Positions 14,332-24,068 of a stretch of DNA of 64,000 nucleotides are shown here, piece after piece. Numbering within the stretch: position 1 is the stretch's first letter; each line of letters begins with the position of its first letter. The translations under genes and the position numbers were made by a program. The stretch is from Candidatus Bathyarchaeota archaeon (lineage in GTDB: Archaea; Thermoproteota; Bathyarchaeia; TCS64): NCBI GenBank assembly GCA_963769425.1, contig CAVYLP010000006.1:480001-544000 (forward strand), given 5' to 3'. The notes under the pieces are model-generated. The model did no database searches, had not been told where the DNA came from, and saw only the letters and a list, made by a program, of their open reading frames with translations.

Positions 14332-14679
14332 TTGTCTAACAATGAGACTAAAACCGATGTGAGCCTCGGGGACCAATTCACGGTCCTCGTCTTGAAGGGC
14401 AAAGCGGATAGCCTGATTAGCAGGATGAAGGACGGGCGCGTAATTCTCTTTAACCGCGAGAACCCGATCTTTGGTGACCTTGAGCCGGGTATGCTCGTCG
14501 AGGTGAGGGTGAGCTTCATCGCACAGAACTACATAATAGTCGACCCCGTGGCGCCTCCTGAGAGCGGTGTCGAGGCAGTCAAGCTAGGTCTCCAGATGGT
14601 CTCAGAGACAGAGAACTGGGAGAATGCTGTGATGGCTAGAGCACTTCTCCACGTCATCGAGCAACTTGAGACCGATTAA
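14332..14679 (+). CDS. Hypothetical protein with a TRAM-like N-terminal beta domain
   Basis: GDQFTVLVL..G....DGRVILF....LEPGMLVEVRV pattern resembles TRAM; genome-typical codon usage. Confidence 0.55.
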   Translation: MSNNETKTDVSLGDQFTVLVLKGKADSLISRMKDGRVILFNRENPIFGDLEPGMLVEVRVSFIAQNYIIVDPVAPPESGVEAVKLGLQMVSETENWENAVMARALLHVIEQLETD

Positions 14680-14901
14680 TCCACATTTTTATTTTCATTT
14701 TTTTTAAATCACCCGATAGAATTGCTTGATGCGTTGATCGTATTAAATTACAAAATGACTTTCCTATGGGTTTACTCACTGAGTTGTTCATTTTTCTTGC
14801 TGAGTTAAAGTGAGGGGTAGATATCACCGATCCAGCCTCCTGATCGGGGCAATGTGATCCGGGTAAAAACCGGGTAAAAACAGGGTATCATGGACTCTCT
14901 T

Positions 14902-15075
14902 GTTCCAGGTAACATGGTACATGTTCCTAGTAGCGTGGAACAGATCGTTCCCAGTAGGGTGGAACATGCGGGTCCTTGATGCACGCGTGGTGTTCCGGGT
15001 AAGGTGGTACGTGTTCCTGGTAGCAGGGTACAATTGTTCCTAGCTAGATGGAACATGTTCCTAGTAGGACGGTAT
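14902..15075. repeat. Array of seven 19-bp quasi-palindromic units GTTCC-N9-GG(T/A)AY
   Basis: Units start at 14902, 14923, 14947, 14992, 15013, 15036 and 15057. Confidence 0.9.
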
Positions 15076-15230
15076 ATTGGTTTATCCACGTTTTTCATAA
15101 TTTTTCCTTACCCCTTCCAGTCGCTGCACCAGTAGAGGTGGGCTTTAGGCTGCCCGAGGACTGCGAGGTTCTGAAGGCATCTGACTAGCTATTCTCGTTT
15201 CGAGGCGTGCGGTTTTGTGAGGTGATGCGG

Positions 15231-15380
15231 TCAGAACGGTGTACCTACACTTGATCCAAACAGTTGGTTGATCAACCAGTTGGCCCCAGAGAGTAACATG
15301 AAGACCAAAACTGCGAAGGCTACAACGCCTACGACTGCGACGAGGGCTGGAACGAAGTGGCTTTCTCTCTCCTTGTTCAT
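15231..15380 (-). CDS. Small (49 aa) single-TM membrane protein, below the ORF-track cutoff
   Basis: MNKERESHFVPALVAVVGVVAFAVLVFMLLSGANWLINQLFGSSVGTPF; follows the upstream gene on the same strand. Confidence 0.5.
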   Translation of the reverse strand: MNKERESHFVPALVAVVGVVAFAVLVFMLLSGANWLINQLFGSSVGTPF

Positions 15381-15410
15381 GGCGATATTATCATGAGGGG
15401 AGGAATGGTT

Positions 15411-16453
15411 TCAAGGTTTCTGATCTGGGTCCGTTCCTATCGGCGTAATTGGTAGTCCTATATGTTTCATCCGTGACTGGATTTTCAAGCCTAGGTAGGT
15501 TAAGGCGATGATAGAAGCGAGTCCCACTAATATCATACCAGTGGTGTTGTCCTTCCTTGACTTGTCTAGTTCTTGGAAGAAGGCGAAGACGACGAAGATA
15601 ATGAGGGACCCTACGGTTAAAGCGAATCTATGGAGATCATTGACCTCCCTCCAGTTGTATCTTGTCAGGAGTTGGATGAGCCCGAAGATTATAGCGACAC
15701 CGAGGGTGATGACGAGCAGGGGCAGGGGTTGGAGGTTCGGGACAATTAGGAACGTGGTACCAGATGCGACAGCACCTATACCGGCCACCGTTGCATAGAA
15801 CCGTGGTCGCCTCATCTGCTTAGTTCCCCGACGGGCCCAGTCGGCTGGGAGCTGCCTCGCGATAACTGCAAACACGATCACCGCGGCGGGGCGATGAGAA
15901 ACTGAGGAATGGAAGGCGTGTAACCGAGCAGTAGCCCGAAAAGCACGAATCCGACGATGACGACGTCCACAAATAGAATGGTGCCGACGGCCTTGAACCA
16001 CCTATCGCAGACCCAACGATCACGCTTTCGATCTGGGAAGGCTAACTCCACCAGCAAAACGGGGACTGTGACGCTGACTATGGCGTGGTACATAGTGAGC
16101 TCAGCCGCCCAGACCCAGTTCACCCCGAGCCAGCGCCCGAAGACGCCGAGGATACCTAGGTCGGGCCAAGCTGGGTTGAACCAGCTCGCCACCATGACCC
16201 CTTCCTCGAGGGCGCCGTAGGCAGCGCCTAGGAGTAGCAGGCTGCCCATCCCCCTCCCCCACCGGACTTTGAGCTCCCTCGCGAGCACCGCCCCACTCCC
16301 GTAGAGGCCGAGAAGCATCGTTAGCCCGAAGGGCGTGAAGAACTCTGCCGGCGGGGAGGAGCCAAGGAGAAGCTCGCCGATGGCTGGGGATAGTAGGAAT
16401 AGTATGAGGGCGGGGTTACCCCGGACCTTGAAGGGTAGCTTCGAGGGCGTCAC
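15411..16453 (-). CDS. Multi-pass membrane hypothetical protein, frameshifted near 15888
   Basis: ORF 15878-16477 (LSPAIGELL.GS, AYGALEEG..SWFNP) continues into hydrophobic ORF 15411-16001; GTG at 16453 overlaps the upstream stop. Confidence 0.7.
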
Positions 16454-16911
16454 CCGTTTTCCTCGATAATGTCCCACGCGATGCCGGTGGCGGAGAGGAT
16501 GTACCTAGTGCAGTTGTGGAGCCAGAGGTTTCTCCTGTTGTACTCCTCGTATTCCTCCGGTTTTGCTATGTCGAGGCCGAGGAGGGCTGGGCAGCGTATT
16601 TCCCCGTGCTCCGCGTTGAATCGCTTGAGGAGATCCGTGGCGTACCAGTATGGGCGGCGGTCCTTGATCGGCTCGACTTTGTCCCTACCGTACCTGAAGC
16701 TGAGCCCCATGATGGCCCCAGTCACGGCGCCGCATGTCTCGCCGCTCCTCCCAATGCCTGCACCAAACCCCGTGGCGATCCTCGGAATCAGTGGGCTTTC
16801 CAAGCCCTGGCACTTCGCGAGTGCCATCAGGCAGGACTCGGAGCAGAGGAACCTCTGCCCTGCGTAGGTCTCCGCAAGCTTGAGAGTTTCATCCCGTGAG
16901 AGCATAGGCAT
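16450..16911 (-). CDS. C_GCAxxG_C_C family putative redox protein
   Basis: CSES, GFGAGIG..GETCGAVTG, C..LLG, C..Y. Confidence 0.85.
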   Translation of the reverse strand: MPMLSRDETLKLAETYAGQRFLCSESCLMALAKCQGLESPLIPRIATGFGAGIGRSGETCGAVTGAIMGLSFRYGRDKVEPIKDRRPYWYATDLLKRFNAEHGEIRCPALLGLDIAKPEEYEEYNRRNLWLHNCTRYILSATGIAWDIIEENG

Positions 16912-16949
16912 CGGTGTTGGGAATGCGCCGCATGGGAAATTGTTTGCGG

Positions 16950-18698
16950 CTACCAGACCGCAGGGACAGGCTGACCGGTCCTCACGTTGACGAGGCCACG
17001 GTCGGTCAAGACGATGCCCCATGGGAAGCAGGTGAGGAAGATGAAGGTCTGGGTGTCCACAGGGGTTAGCCCTAGGAGCTTCCCAGGGCCCAGCTTGGCA
17101 GCCTCCTCGTTGACCCTTTCTAGGCCGGCGACGACCTCGGGGAGGGGTCTGTCGGTCATCAGCCCTGCGATGGGTAGGGGCACCTCAGCCTTAACAACGC
17201 CATCCCTTACCACTACTATGCCTCCACCCATCTCTGCGACGCGGTTCACAGCCCTGGCCATGTCCGAGTCGGTGGCGCCGACGACGCTGATGTTGTGGGT
17301 GTCGTGGAGGACGCTCATCGCCACGGCCCCGTGCTTGTAGCCTAGCTCCCAGAAGCTGAGCCCCATTCCTCCACCGTCGCGGCGGATGATAGCAACCTTG
17401 TTCACGTCGTTGGCGAGGTCCCGCTGGACGAGGCCGTTCTCGACGGGTAGTTCCCTCGTTATCGGGGGGAGGTCGGCGCTGAAGTAGTAGGGACGCAGGA
17501 CCACGGCTTTGACCTTGGAGCTTTTTGCGGGTGCCTCTACATTGAAGTCTTTGGCGGTGAGGGGTTTCCTGAGCTTGATCGTGTTGCGGACGTAAGCGGG
17601 TGCGGGCCTTATCGGAATGTCGACTATAAGCCTGCCCTTCTCCGCCACAATTTCCCCATCCGCCATCACCCTGTCGATCTTGAAGGCTTTGAGGTCGGTG
17701 AGGAACAGGATGTCGGCGCGCCTTCCGGGGGCGATTATCCCGACCTCGTGCTCCTTCCTCCAGTGGCGTGCATTGTTGAGGGTAGCGAGTTGGATTGCAG
17801 TGACGGGGTCGAGTCCCTCCTCTATGCAGATTCGGAGCTCGTAGTCTAGGTGGCCTAGCTGGCTTATCCTCTCGGCGGGGCGGTCGTCGACGCACATCCC
17901 AACCATTTGCCAGTCGATGCCCATGGCGACGAGTTCGCGTATCGCCTGCCTGCTGTCCCGAGGTTTTAGTTCGAGGAAGCAACCCCTCTCGAGGAGAGCG
18001 ATGGCCTTCTCGCCGTCTCCGGAGAAGTGGGTTGATGAGACACCTATTGCGAGGAAGGCGTCTGCCTGAGGAGGGGATGGAACTCCGTGCCCCTCGACAA
18101 CCTTCCCAGAGGCAAGCCCCGCAGCAATTACGGCGTGTAGCCGCTCATCCCCCTTGAAGAGAGCCGTGTAGTCCATGACCTCATCGACCCCAGCGACGCC
18201 CTCCAGTTTTAGCGCCTCCTCCGCCTCATTTCCCCCGATGTAGGCGCCAGCAGTCTCATAGGGAGTTGGAGGCGTGGCTGAGCTTAGCCCGACAAATATC
18301 TTCTGGGGGAGCCCCCTCGCCTCTTCGAGCATGTATCTGACACCGTCGAGGCCGAGGGGGTTGCATATCTCGTGGCTGCCCTCGAAGAGGGTGGTCGTGC
18401 CGTGAGGGAGGGTGATCTGGGCGTGGCGTCGCGGGCTCAACCGGCTACTCTCTATGTGGTAGTGGGCATCGACGAGCCCCGGGGCTAGAAAAGCGCCATT
18501 AGCATCGATGATCCTTGTCTTCGGGCCTGCCTTCTGCATCTCTTTCGATATCGAGGCGACCCTGCCCCCGCTAATGGCTATATATACGCCGTTGACGAGC
18601 ATCCTCGTGGCAACGTCGACGAGCACACCATTCTCGATGATGGCGTCAGGGGGGACCTGACCCAACGCGACTTCCATAAGCTTGCGGCGTCCATCCAA
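16950..18698 (-). CDS. ade: Adenine deaminase
   Basis: PGLVDAHYHIESS, GTTT...HEI.N, ATLN.A, IAPGRRAD, HDTHNI, LPIAGLM. Confidence 0.9.
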   Translation of the reverse strand: MDGRRKLMEVALGQVPPDAIIENGVLVDVATRMLVNGVYIAISGGRVASISKEMQKAGPKTRIIDANGAFLAPGLVDAHYHIESSRLSPRRHAQITLPHGTTTLFEGSHEICNPLGLDGVRYMLEEARGLPQKIFVGLSSATPPTPYETAGAYIGGNEAEEALKLEGVAGVDEVMDYTALFKGDERLHAVIAAGLASGKVVEGHGVPSPPQADAFLAIGVSSTHFSGDGEKAIALLERGCFLELKPRDSRQAIRELVAMGIDWQMVGMCVDDRPAERISQLGHLDYELRICIEEGLDPVTAIQLATLNNARHWRKEHEVGIIAPGRRADILFLTDLKAFKIDRVMADGEIVAEKGRLIVDIPIRPAPAYVRNTIKLRKPLTAKDFNVEAPAKSSKVKAVVLRPYYFSADLPPITRELPVENGLVQRDLANDVNKVAIIRRDGGGMGLSFWELGYKHGAVAMSVLHDTHNISVVGATDSDMARAVNRVAEMGGGIVVVRDGVVKAEVPLPIAGLMTDRPLPEVVAGLERVNEEAAKLGPGKLLGLTPVDTQTFIFLTCFPWGIVLTDRGLVNVRTGQPVPAVW

Positions 18699-18756
18699 GC
18701 CTATACCATCGCCTCAGAAATGTCAGGGTTAGCGAATAAGAAGTTACCCCGAGTAT

Positions 18757-19452
18757 CTACCACCAGAGCTCGTAGCGCATCTGCTTTCTCCGGATGCCGA
18801 GGCCGCGGAGGGTGTTGACCTGCTCGTGGATCATATCTGTTGGCCCGCAGATGTAGTAGAGGGCCTCGGGATCGACCCCGGCCTCGCGTATGAGGTCTGC
18901 GTCGATCTTGCCCACGCGCCCGCCCCAACTCCTCGCCTCGTCGGTGACAGTTAGGAGTGCCCTCATCCGAGGGTCGCGTCGGGTCGTCTCCTCGATCTCC
19001 TCCCTGAAGAGTAGCTCGGATGGGCTGTTGGTGCTGTAGACGAGGGTTGCTGACGCTGCTGGGTCGCCCCCAGCTATGTATCGAAATATGCTTATGTGAG
19101 GGGAGATGCCGATGCCATCCGCGAGGAGTATCACGTTCCTCGCTTCGCCGGCCTCGTAGAATATCTGTCCGTTCCCGCCGTCGACGTGGACGATGTCCCC
19201 CTCCTTGGCCTCGGTGTGGATGTACCGCGTGACGGGGTTCTCCCCCATCCTCTTCACGGCGAGGTCGAAGTGGCCCCGTGTAAGCGGTGAGCTCGTCATC
19301 GAATATCCAGCGACTTTCCGCTCCCCGGCGATGTCAGCGTAGAAGTCTATCCACTGCCCAGCCTTGAAGGTAAACTCTCCCAGTGGTTCGATGTGCAGAG
19401 TCTTGATGGTGGGAGTTGCTTGTGTGATGTTCCTGATAACGGCGGGGATCAT
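18757..19452 (-). CDS. FAD/NAD(P)-binding oxidoreductase (FNR-like)
   Basis: FKAGQW, YSMTSSP, GIGISP, YICGP. Confidence 0.85.
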   Translation of the reverse strand: MIPAVIRNITQATPTIKTLHIEPLGEFTFKAGQWIDFYADIAGERKVAGYSMTSSPLTRGHFDLAVKRMGENPVTRYIHTEAKEGDIVHVDGGNGQIFYEAGEARNVILLADGIGISPHISIFRYIAGGDPAASATLVYSTNSPSELLFREEIEETTRRDPRMRALLTVTDEARSWGGRVGKIDADLIREAGVDPEALYYICGPTDMIHEQVNTLRGLGIRRKQMRYELWW

Positions 19453-19492
19453 GTGTTTGAGATGCCCTTGCGGGTAAAAAAAGTGTGAGTGC

Positions 19493-20659
19493 TTAGCCTA
19501 ACTTCTCTGTGGCTGCCTCGATCCTGTCGAGGGCCTCCTTCATGATCGCCTCGCTCGTGGCGATGCACATCCTGAGGTGGTCCTCCCCCTTGGCGCCGAA
19601 GCCGGTACCAGCGGAGAGGCCGACCTTGTACTCCTTCTGGAGTGTGTCCGCAAGGTCCTTGCTATTCAAGCTGAGGTCGAATCGCGGGAACGGGACGTAG
19701 GTCCCCTCGAGGGTGGGAAAGGTTACGCCGTTCATCTTGTTCATGCGGGTAGCGCAGAGCTTTCTGATCTTGGTTATGTGCTTCATCATGTCGCGGCGCC
19801 ACCAGTCGAGTGTTGAATCGAGCATGACGGGAGCTATCGCCTTCGCGAGGGTGGAGGAGCCGCGCTGTATCCCCGTGGCCTGCTTCCTCATGTCCGCCAT
19901 TGCCTCCTTGTTCGTCGTCGCCATGTAGCCGAGCTGGAGCCCGGCAACGCCGAAGGTCTTACTGAAGCCCCAGCTCGTCAGGGTGAGGTCCCCGATCTCG
20001 GGGCTGAGGCTGGCTATGCTGACGTGCTTCCTGTCGTCGAAGACTATGTCCTCCCAGAGCTCGTCCGAGACGACGTTGGTCTTCCTGTCGACAGCGACGT
20101 CTGCTATGCCCTTGAGCTCCTCCTTAGTCATCACACGCCCAGTCGGGTTATGGGGATTGCAGACGCCGATGAGCCTCGTCCTCTTTGTGAAGAGTTTCTT
20201 CAGCCTCTCGACGTCGAACCTGTATCCATTCTCCTCGTCCAGCTCCCAGAGGACCGCCTTAGCTCCGGAGGCGTCGAGGACGCTCTTGAATGGGGCGTAC
20301 ATAGGGTCGGTGAGGATGACCTCGTCCCCAGGCTTGCAGGCGTGCCTAGCGGCGAGCCAGAGGCTCGGGTCCACGCCCTGTATGACCGTGACATCGTCTG
20401 GGGTGACGGGTATCCTGTTGAATCGGCTGATCTTCTCCGCCATCGCGGCTTTGGCTGCTGTGTCGGTGTTGTAGAAGACGTCCTCGGCCTCGACGGCGAC
20501 GTGGAGCGCCTGCTTTATCTCGGGGGCTATCGGGAAGTCGGGCGCCGCTATCCACATGGGTATGACGTCCGGTGGGTTCGTGTGCCACTTGAGGTTGGGC
20601 ACGCTGAGCATAGACTCTACTGTGGCGGAGTTGAAGACATTCTTCCTAGGCATAGGCAT
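19493..20659 (-). CDS. PLP-dependent aminotransferase class I/II (MalY/PatB-like)
   Basis: KW, PMWIA..DF, CNPHNPTGR, SDE, SKTFGVAG. Confidence 0.88.
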   Translation of the reverse strand: MPMPRKNVFNSATVESMLSVPNLKWHTNPPDVIPMWIAAPDFPIAPEIKQALHVAVEAEDVFYNTDTAAKAAMAEKISRFNRIPVTPDDVTVIQGVDPSLWLAARHACKPGDEVILTDPMYAPFKSVLDASGAKAVLWELDEENGYRFDVERLKKLFTKRTRLIGVCNPHNPTGRVMTKEELKGIADVAVDRKTNVVSDELWEDIVFDDRKHVSIASLSPEIGDLTLTSWGFSKTFGVAGLQLGYMATTNKEAMADMRKQATGIQRGSSTLAKAIAPVMLDSTLDWWRRDMMKHITKIRKLCATRMNKMNGVTFPTLEGTYVPFPRFDLSLNSKDLADTLQKEYKVGLSAGTGFGAKGEDHLRMCIATSEAIMKEALDRIEAATEKLG

Positions 20660-20701
20660 CGTGTAAGGAAAATGCGCTATGCGTTAATAACAGGTGCCGC
20701 C

Positions 20702-21418
20702 TCAGCCACGCATACTCCACCAGAGGCGAAGGGCCGCCGACCCCATCCTCCACGAGTCCCGGAAGAGCTTCACCTTCGTCCCACGCCCCTCGGACCACTC
20801 GACAGGTATCTCCACCACCCGGAGCCCGCGCCCGGCCCCCCTGATGAGGACCTCGGTGTCCCAGAACCAATGGGTGTCCTCGACCTCGTCCATGTACTCT
20901 ATCAGGCTCTCCCTCTTGAACGCCTTGAAGCCGCACTGGTGGTCGTGAACGGGGGTGCGGAAGAGGAGCCTGATCAGGGTGTTGTAGCACCACGATGCGA
21001 AGCTGCGGCGCAGCGACCTCTTTACCCTGCTCCCGGGGAGCATGCGGGACCCAGTGGCTATATCCGCCCCACCCCGTATAGAGTCGATGAGAGCCCGGAG
21101 CTGCGTGATGTCAGAGGCGAGGTCCACGTCCATGTATACGAGGATGGAGCCTCGGCTCTCCTTGAAAGCGATGTTCAGTGCCCTGCCTCGCCCGAGGCGC
21201 TCGGCGCTGTGTAGGTGGCGGACCTCCGGGTGGGCGGCGGTGATGCGATCCGCCTCGGCGTCGGTGCCGTCGCTACTCCCGTCCTCGGCGATAATGATCT
21301 CAAAGGAGGAGGATGTCTTGCGAAGCTCCACGAGTGCCGCTTCTACGGCGTGCCCTATGTCCTCCACCTCGTTGTAGGCGGGGAAGACCAGGCTCACTTC
21401 GGTTTCAGATTGGCTCAT
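20702..21418 (-). CDS. GT2 glycosyltransferase, dolichyl-phosphate hexose synthase-like
   Basis: VFPAYNE, EDGSSDGT, MDVDL, GSR, DHQCGFKAF, WFWDTEVL. Confidence 0.88.
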   Translation of the reverse strand: MSQSETEVSLVFPAYNEVEDIGHAVEAALVELRKTSSSFEIIIAEDGSSDGTDAEADRITAAHPEVRHLHSAERLGRGRALNIAFKESRGSILVYMDVDLASDITQLRALIDSIRGGADIATGSRMLPGSRVKRSLRRSFASWCYNTLIRLLFRTPVHDHQCGFKAFKRESLIEYMDEVEDTHWFWDTEVLIRGAGRGLRVVEIPVEWSEGRGTKVKLFRDSWRMGSAALRLWWSMRG

Positions 21419-21428
21419 TTTGATCGCC

Positions 21429-23087
21429 TCAGAACTGCCACCCTCTGAACCAGCGCAGGTATTCGACATACCAATGAGGAATAGGGTAGCCGGAGATGAC
21501 GGGGTAGAACGCGGCGAAGAGGACGCATGCTACCGCGATGAATATCACGACGTACCTCCTCTGCCTAGGATTATACCATGCTTCGTGGAGGATCCCCGCC
21601 AAGGCGAGGCATATGATCGGCACTTCGGCGTAGTAGTGGTAGAGGAAGAGGTAGCGCTGGATCAGCGCGTAGGGGAGGAGTTGAGTAATGTAGATTACTC
21701 CGAGGAAGAGGTAAGGCCACTTCTTATGGACTCCCTCGACGAGTGCCACTATGATGGCGACCATTCCCCCCCACCAAATGATTGGGTTCCCCATCGCCGA
21801 TATTGTAGAGGAGAGACCGCCAGGTAGCTGCCTCAGGTAGATCCAGAGCGGGACGAGTATGGTAGGCCACTGCCACCAGAAGGACTCGTTAGGGTGGGTG
21901 AACGCTGCCATCCCGCTGTGGTAGGCGAGCATCGACCACTGTGCGTTGTAGATGTCGACGAGGCTGTGACCGATGAGGGCGTAGGGTATGAATGAGGCGA
22001 GGTAGATGCCGCCTGCGACACCCACGATCATGGTGGCGATAAGCGCGACTGGCTTGATGAGTGAGCGCAGACGTGCGCGGAGGCCAGCCGAGGTGGAGGG
22101 GCCGATGAACCATACACCAAGGAACAGAATCGCTTCCCCCACGAGCCCGAAGAGTGCGATCCACTTTACGGAGAAGGCGAGGCCGAAGCATGCCACCCCG
22201 AGTAGGATGAACCGATAATCGGGGTCGGATCCGCTCACCATTTTCTCATAGCTCAGGTAGAAGAACAGCGTCGAGAGCAGGATGAAGAACACCAGATAGG
22301 TGTCGGCGGTGCCCATTCGGCTCATGGTGAAGTGCATGAAGTCGAGGGAGAGTAGGGATGCCGCGATGGTGGCTGCAGCGCGTGTCTTGAAGAGTGCGAG
22401 GCCGAGGGTGTAGATCACGGGGATCATTAGCGTCGCGAATATGACACCCATTATCCTCCAGGAGAAGGGGTTGAAGCCGAAAGCATCCAGCCCCGCCGCG
22501 ATGATAAGTTTCCCCAACGGCGGGTGTGTCTCCTCCGAGACCGGCTCATTCAGGCTCAGATACTGCTTAGCGGCGCGGACGAAGAGGTCCTCGTCGAAGT
22601 AGGTCTCGGACCGGTATGTGGGGGGGTTCTCGACGAGGACTTGCTCGTCGACGAGCCTCGACACGGTTGGGTCCCCTGCGTCGGATTTTATGCTCTTTAT
22701 CCCCACCAGCGACTGGTTGGAGTCTACGACGGCTATCTCGAGGATGTCGTCCGCGGGGAGGTAGAAGTGGAACCTAACACGGTCCGTCGTCGCGTTAATC
22801 GTGGCGTTTAGCCAAAGGTAGTACCCGTTCTTGTTGAATCCGGTCCTCGCCACCCAGCCCAGCTCGCTGGGGGTCGAGATGCTGACGGTCACGTCCCTGT
22901 CGGTGTTCACGAGCATGTAGACGGTTGAGACCGTCCTGTTACCGTCAAGGGTCAGAGTCACATAGTCTTCCTGAACCCGCCAGGCCGACGAGGGTATTGT
23001 GAGTTGGCCGAGGTTGAAGGCGGCGACGAGAAAGAAGAGCGCCGAGATGGCGATGATGATCGCCGCGTCTCTCCTGTCCAGACTCAA
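21429..23087 (-). CDS. Dol-P-mannose:protein mannosyltransferase family (PMT/GT39-like) membrane protein
   Basis: YFDE, HPPLGK, FNPFSWR, SR....D, VKW, HP.ES.WWQWP, GNP..WW, FLYHY. Confidence 0.85.
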   Translation of the reverse strand: MSLDRRDAAIIIAISALFFLVAAFNLGQLTIPSSAWRVQEDYVTLTLDGNRTVSTVYMLVNTDRDVTVSISTPSELGWVARTGFNKNGYYLWLNATINATTDRVRFHFYLPADDILEIAVVDSNQSLVGIKSIKSDAGDPTVSRLVDEQVLVENPPTYRSETYFDEDLFVRAAKQYLSLNEPVSEETHPPLGKLIIAAGLDAFGFNPFSWRIMGVIFATLMIPVIYTLGLALFKTRAAATIAASLLSLDFMHFTMSRMGTADTYLVFFILLSTLFFYLSYEKMVSGSDPDYRFILLGVACFGLAFSVKWIALFGLVGEAILFLGVWFIGPSTSAGLRARLRSLIKPVALIATMIVGVAGGIYLASFIPYALIGHSLVDIYNAQWSMLAYHSGMAAFTHPNESFWWQWPTILVPLWIYLRQLPGGLSSTISAMGNPIIWWGGMVAIIVALVEGVHKKWPYLFLGVIYITQLLPYALIQRYLFLYHYYAEVPIICLALAGILHEAWYNPRQRRYVVIFIAVACVLFAAFYPVISGYPIPHWYVEYLRWFRGWQF

Positions 23088-23200
23088 TAAGTCAGCCCCG
23101 TAACCCTTTCCGCGCTGTGGGCTCTATTCACCCAACCGCTCTTAAGACTAACGAGGTCGCGTGGGCATGATATTTAGGGCGCGTCGCGGATAAGGGAACC

Positions 23201-23455
23201 ATGATAGTTCAGGTCGAACATCCACTCTCGAGCCTCCTGCTGCAGCGGAGGGTGAGGGAGGAGACGGGGGAGGAATATCTCCTCATCACGCAGATCAACA
23301 ACGTCCACTTCACGAAGTTGAGCGAGTTCGAGTCCTACTTCAACGAGGTCAACAAGGGGGGCGCCTCCCCGAGCGCGACGAGGCGTATAGTCGACTCGAA
23401 CTTCGTCGTCGTCCCCCTGGGCGTCGTGCGCGGTTTCCTAGAGAACCCCGATTGA
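23201..23455 (+). CDS. Hypothetical protein
   Basis: Clean ORF with genome-typical codon usage, co-oriented with the next gene. Confidence 0.55.
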   Translation: MIVQVEHPLSSLLLQRRVREETGEEYLLITQINNVHFTKLSEFESYFNEVNKGGASPSATRRIVDSNFVVVPLGVVRGFLENPD

Positions 23456-23507
23456 CTCCGCGGCGAGGGGAAGGTATAAAAAGTAACAGAGTGGATTAGA
23501 CGAGGAA

Positions 23508-24065
23508 ATGGATTCATGGGCGCCCTCTTTCACTGATTACCTCCGGAAGGCAGAGGTGAGACTCAGCGGCGCCCTGGGTGGGGCCTGCAGGGTCGCAGTC
23601 TACCACGAGATGAACAGGGACATCCTCAAGATTATAAGCCAGATAGAGGACGAGCGCTTCAGGAGCGAGCTAAGGTACAGCGAGAGGGAGCTGACGATCC
23701 GCTCGAAGAAGCGGGGCTTCACCTGCTTCATAGTCTACCTCGGTGAGAGGCCGGTGGCCTTCGTCTTCGGCTTCGACGATCCCGAGGAGGAGGCCTACTT
23801 CTCCGACAGCGCCGCCACCCTCATCGAGAGGAAGGGTGTCGGCTCGATCCTGACTGCTCTCGAGGCGCTGTACTGCCTCGAGAAGGGTTACCGCTCTGAG
23901 AAGATGATCACCGAGGACCTCGACGAGTCGGGTCGGAGGCTCGTGGAGTACTGGGCGAGGTTCGGCTTCCGCGTAACAGGGAGGAATCCGAAGATTGGCG
24001 TTGAGATGAGGCTGGAGCTGACGCCGGAGACTGTAGGTCTCCTCAGCGGCAAGTACCTCCCGTGA
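23508..24065 (+). CDS. GNAT-fold hypothetical protein
   Basis: RKGVGSIL motif A-like segment; YWARFGFRV. Confidence 0.6.
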   Translation: MDSWAPSFTDYLRKAEVRLSGALGGACRVAVYHEMNRDILKIISQIEDERFRSELRYSERELTIRSKKRGFTCFIVYLGERPVAFVFGFDDPEEEAYFSDSAATLIERKGVGSILTALEALYCLEKGYRSEKMITEDLDESGRRLVEYWARFGFRVTGRNPKIGVEMRLELTPETVGLLSGKYLP

Positions 24066-24068
24066 GGC

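Noticed and set aside
14902-15075. CRISPR interpretation of the two arrays
   Set aside because: Units are degenerate, most linkers are only 2-5 bp rather than 30-45-bp unique spacers, and no cas genes are present
14805-15098. ORFs with TLLGT/TLPGT peptide repeats (also 40295-40645)
   Set aside because: By-products of the 19-bp DNA arrays; unit spacing is not consistently a multiple of 3, so the repeat is constrained at nucleotide level
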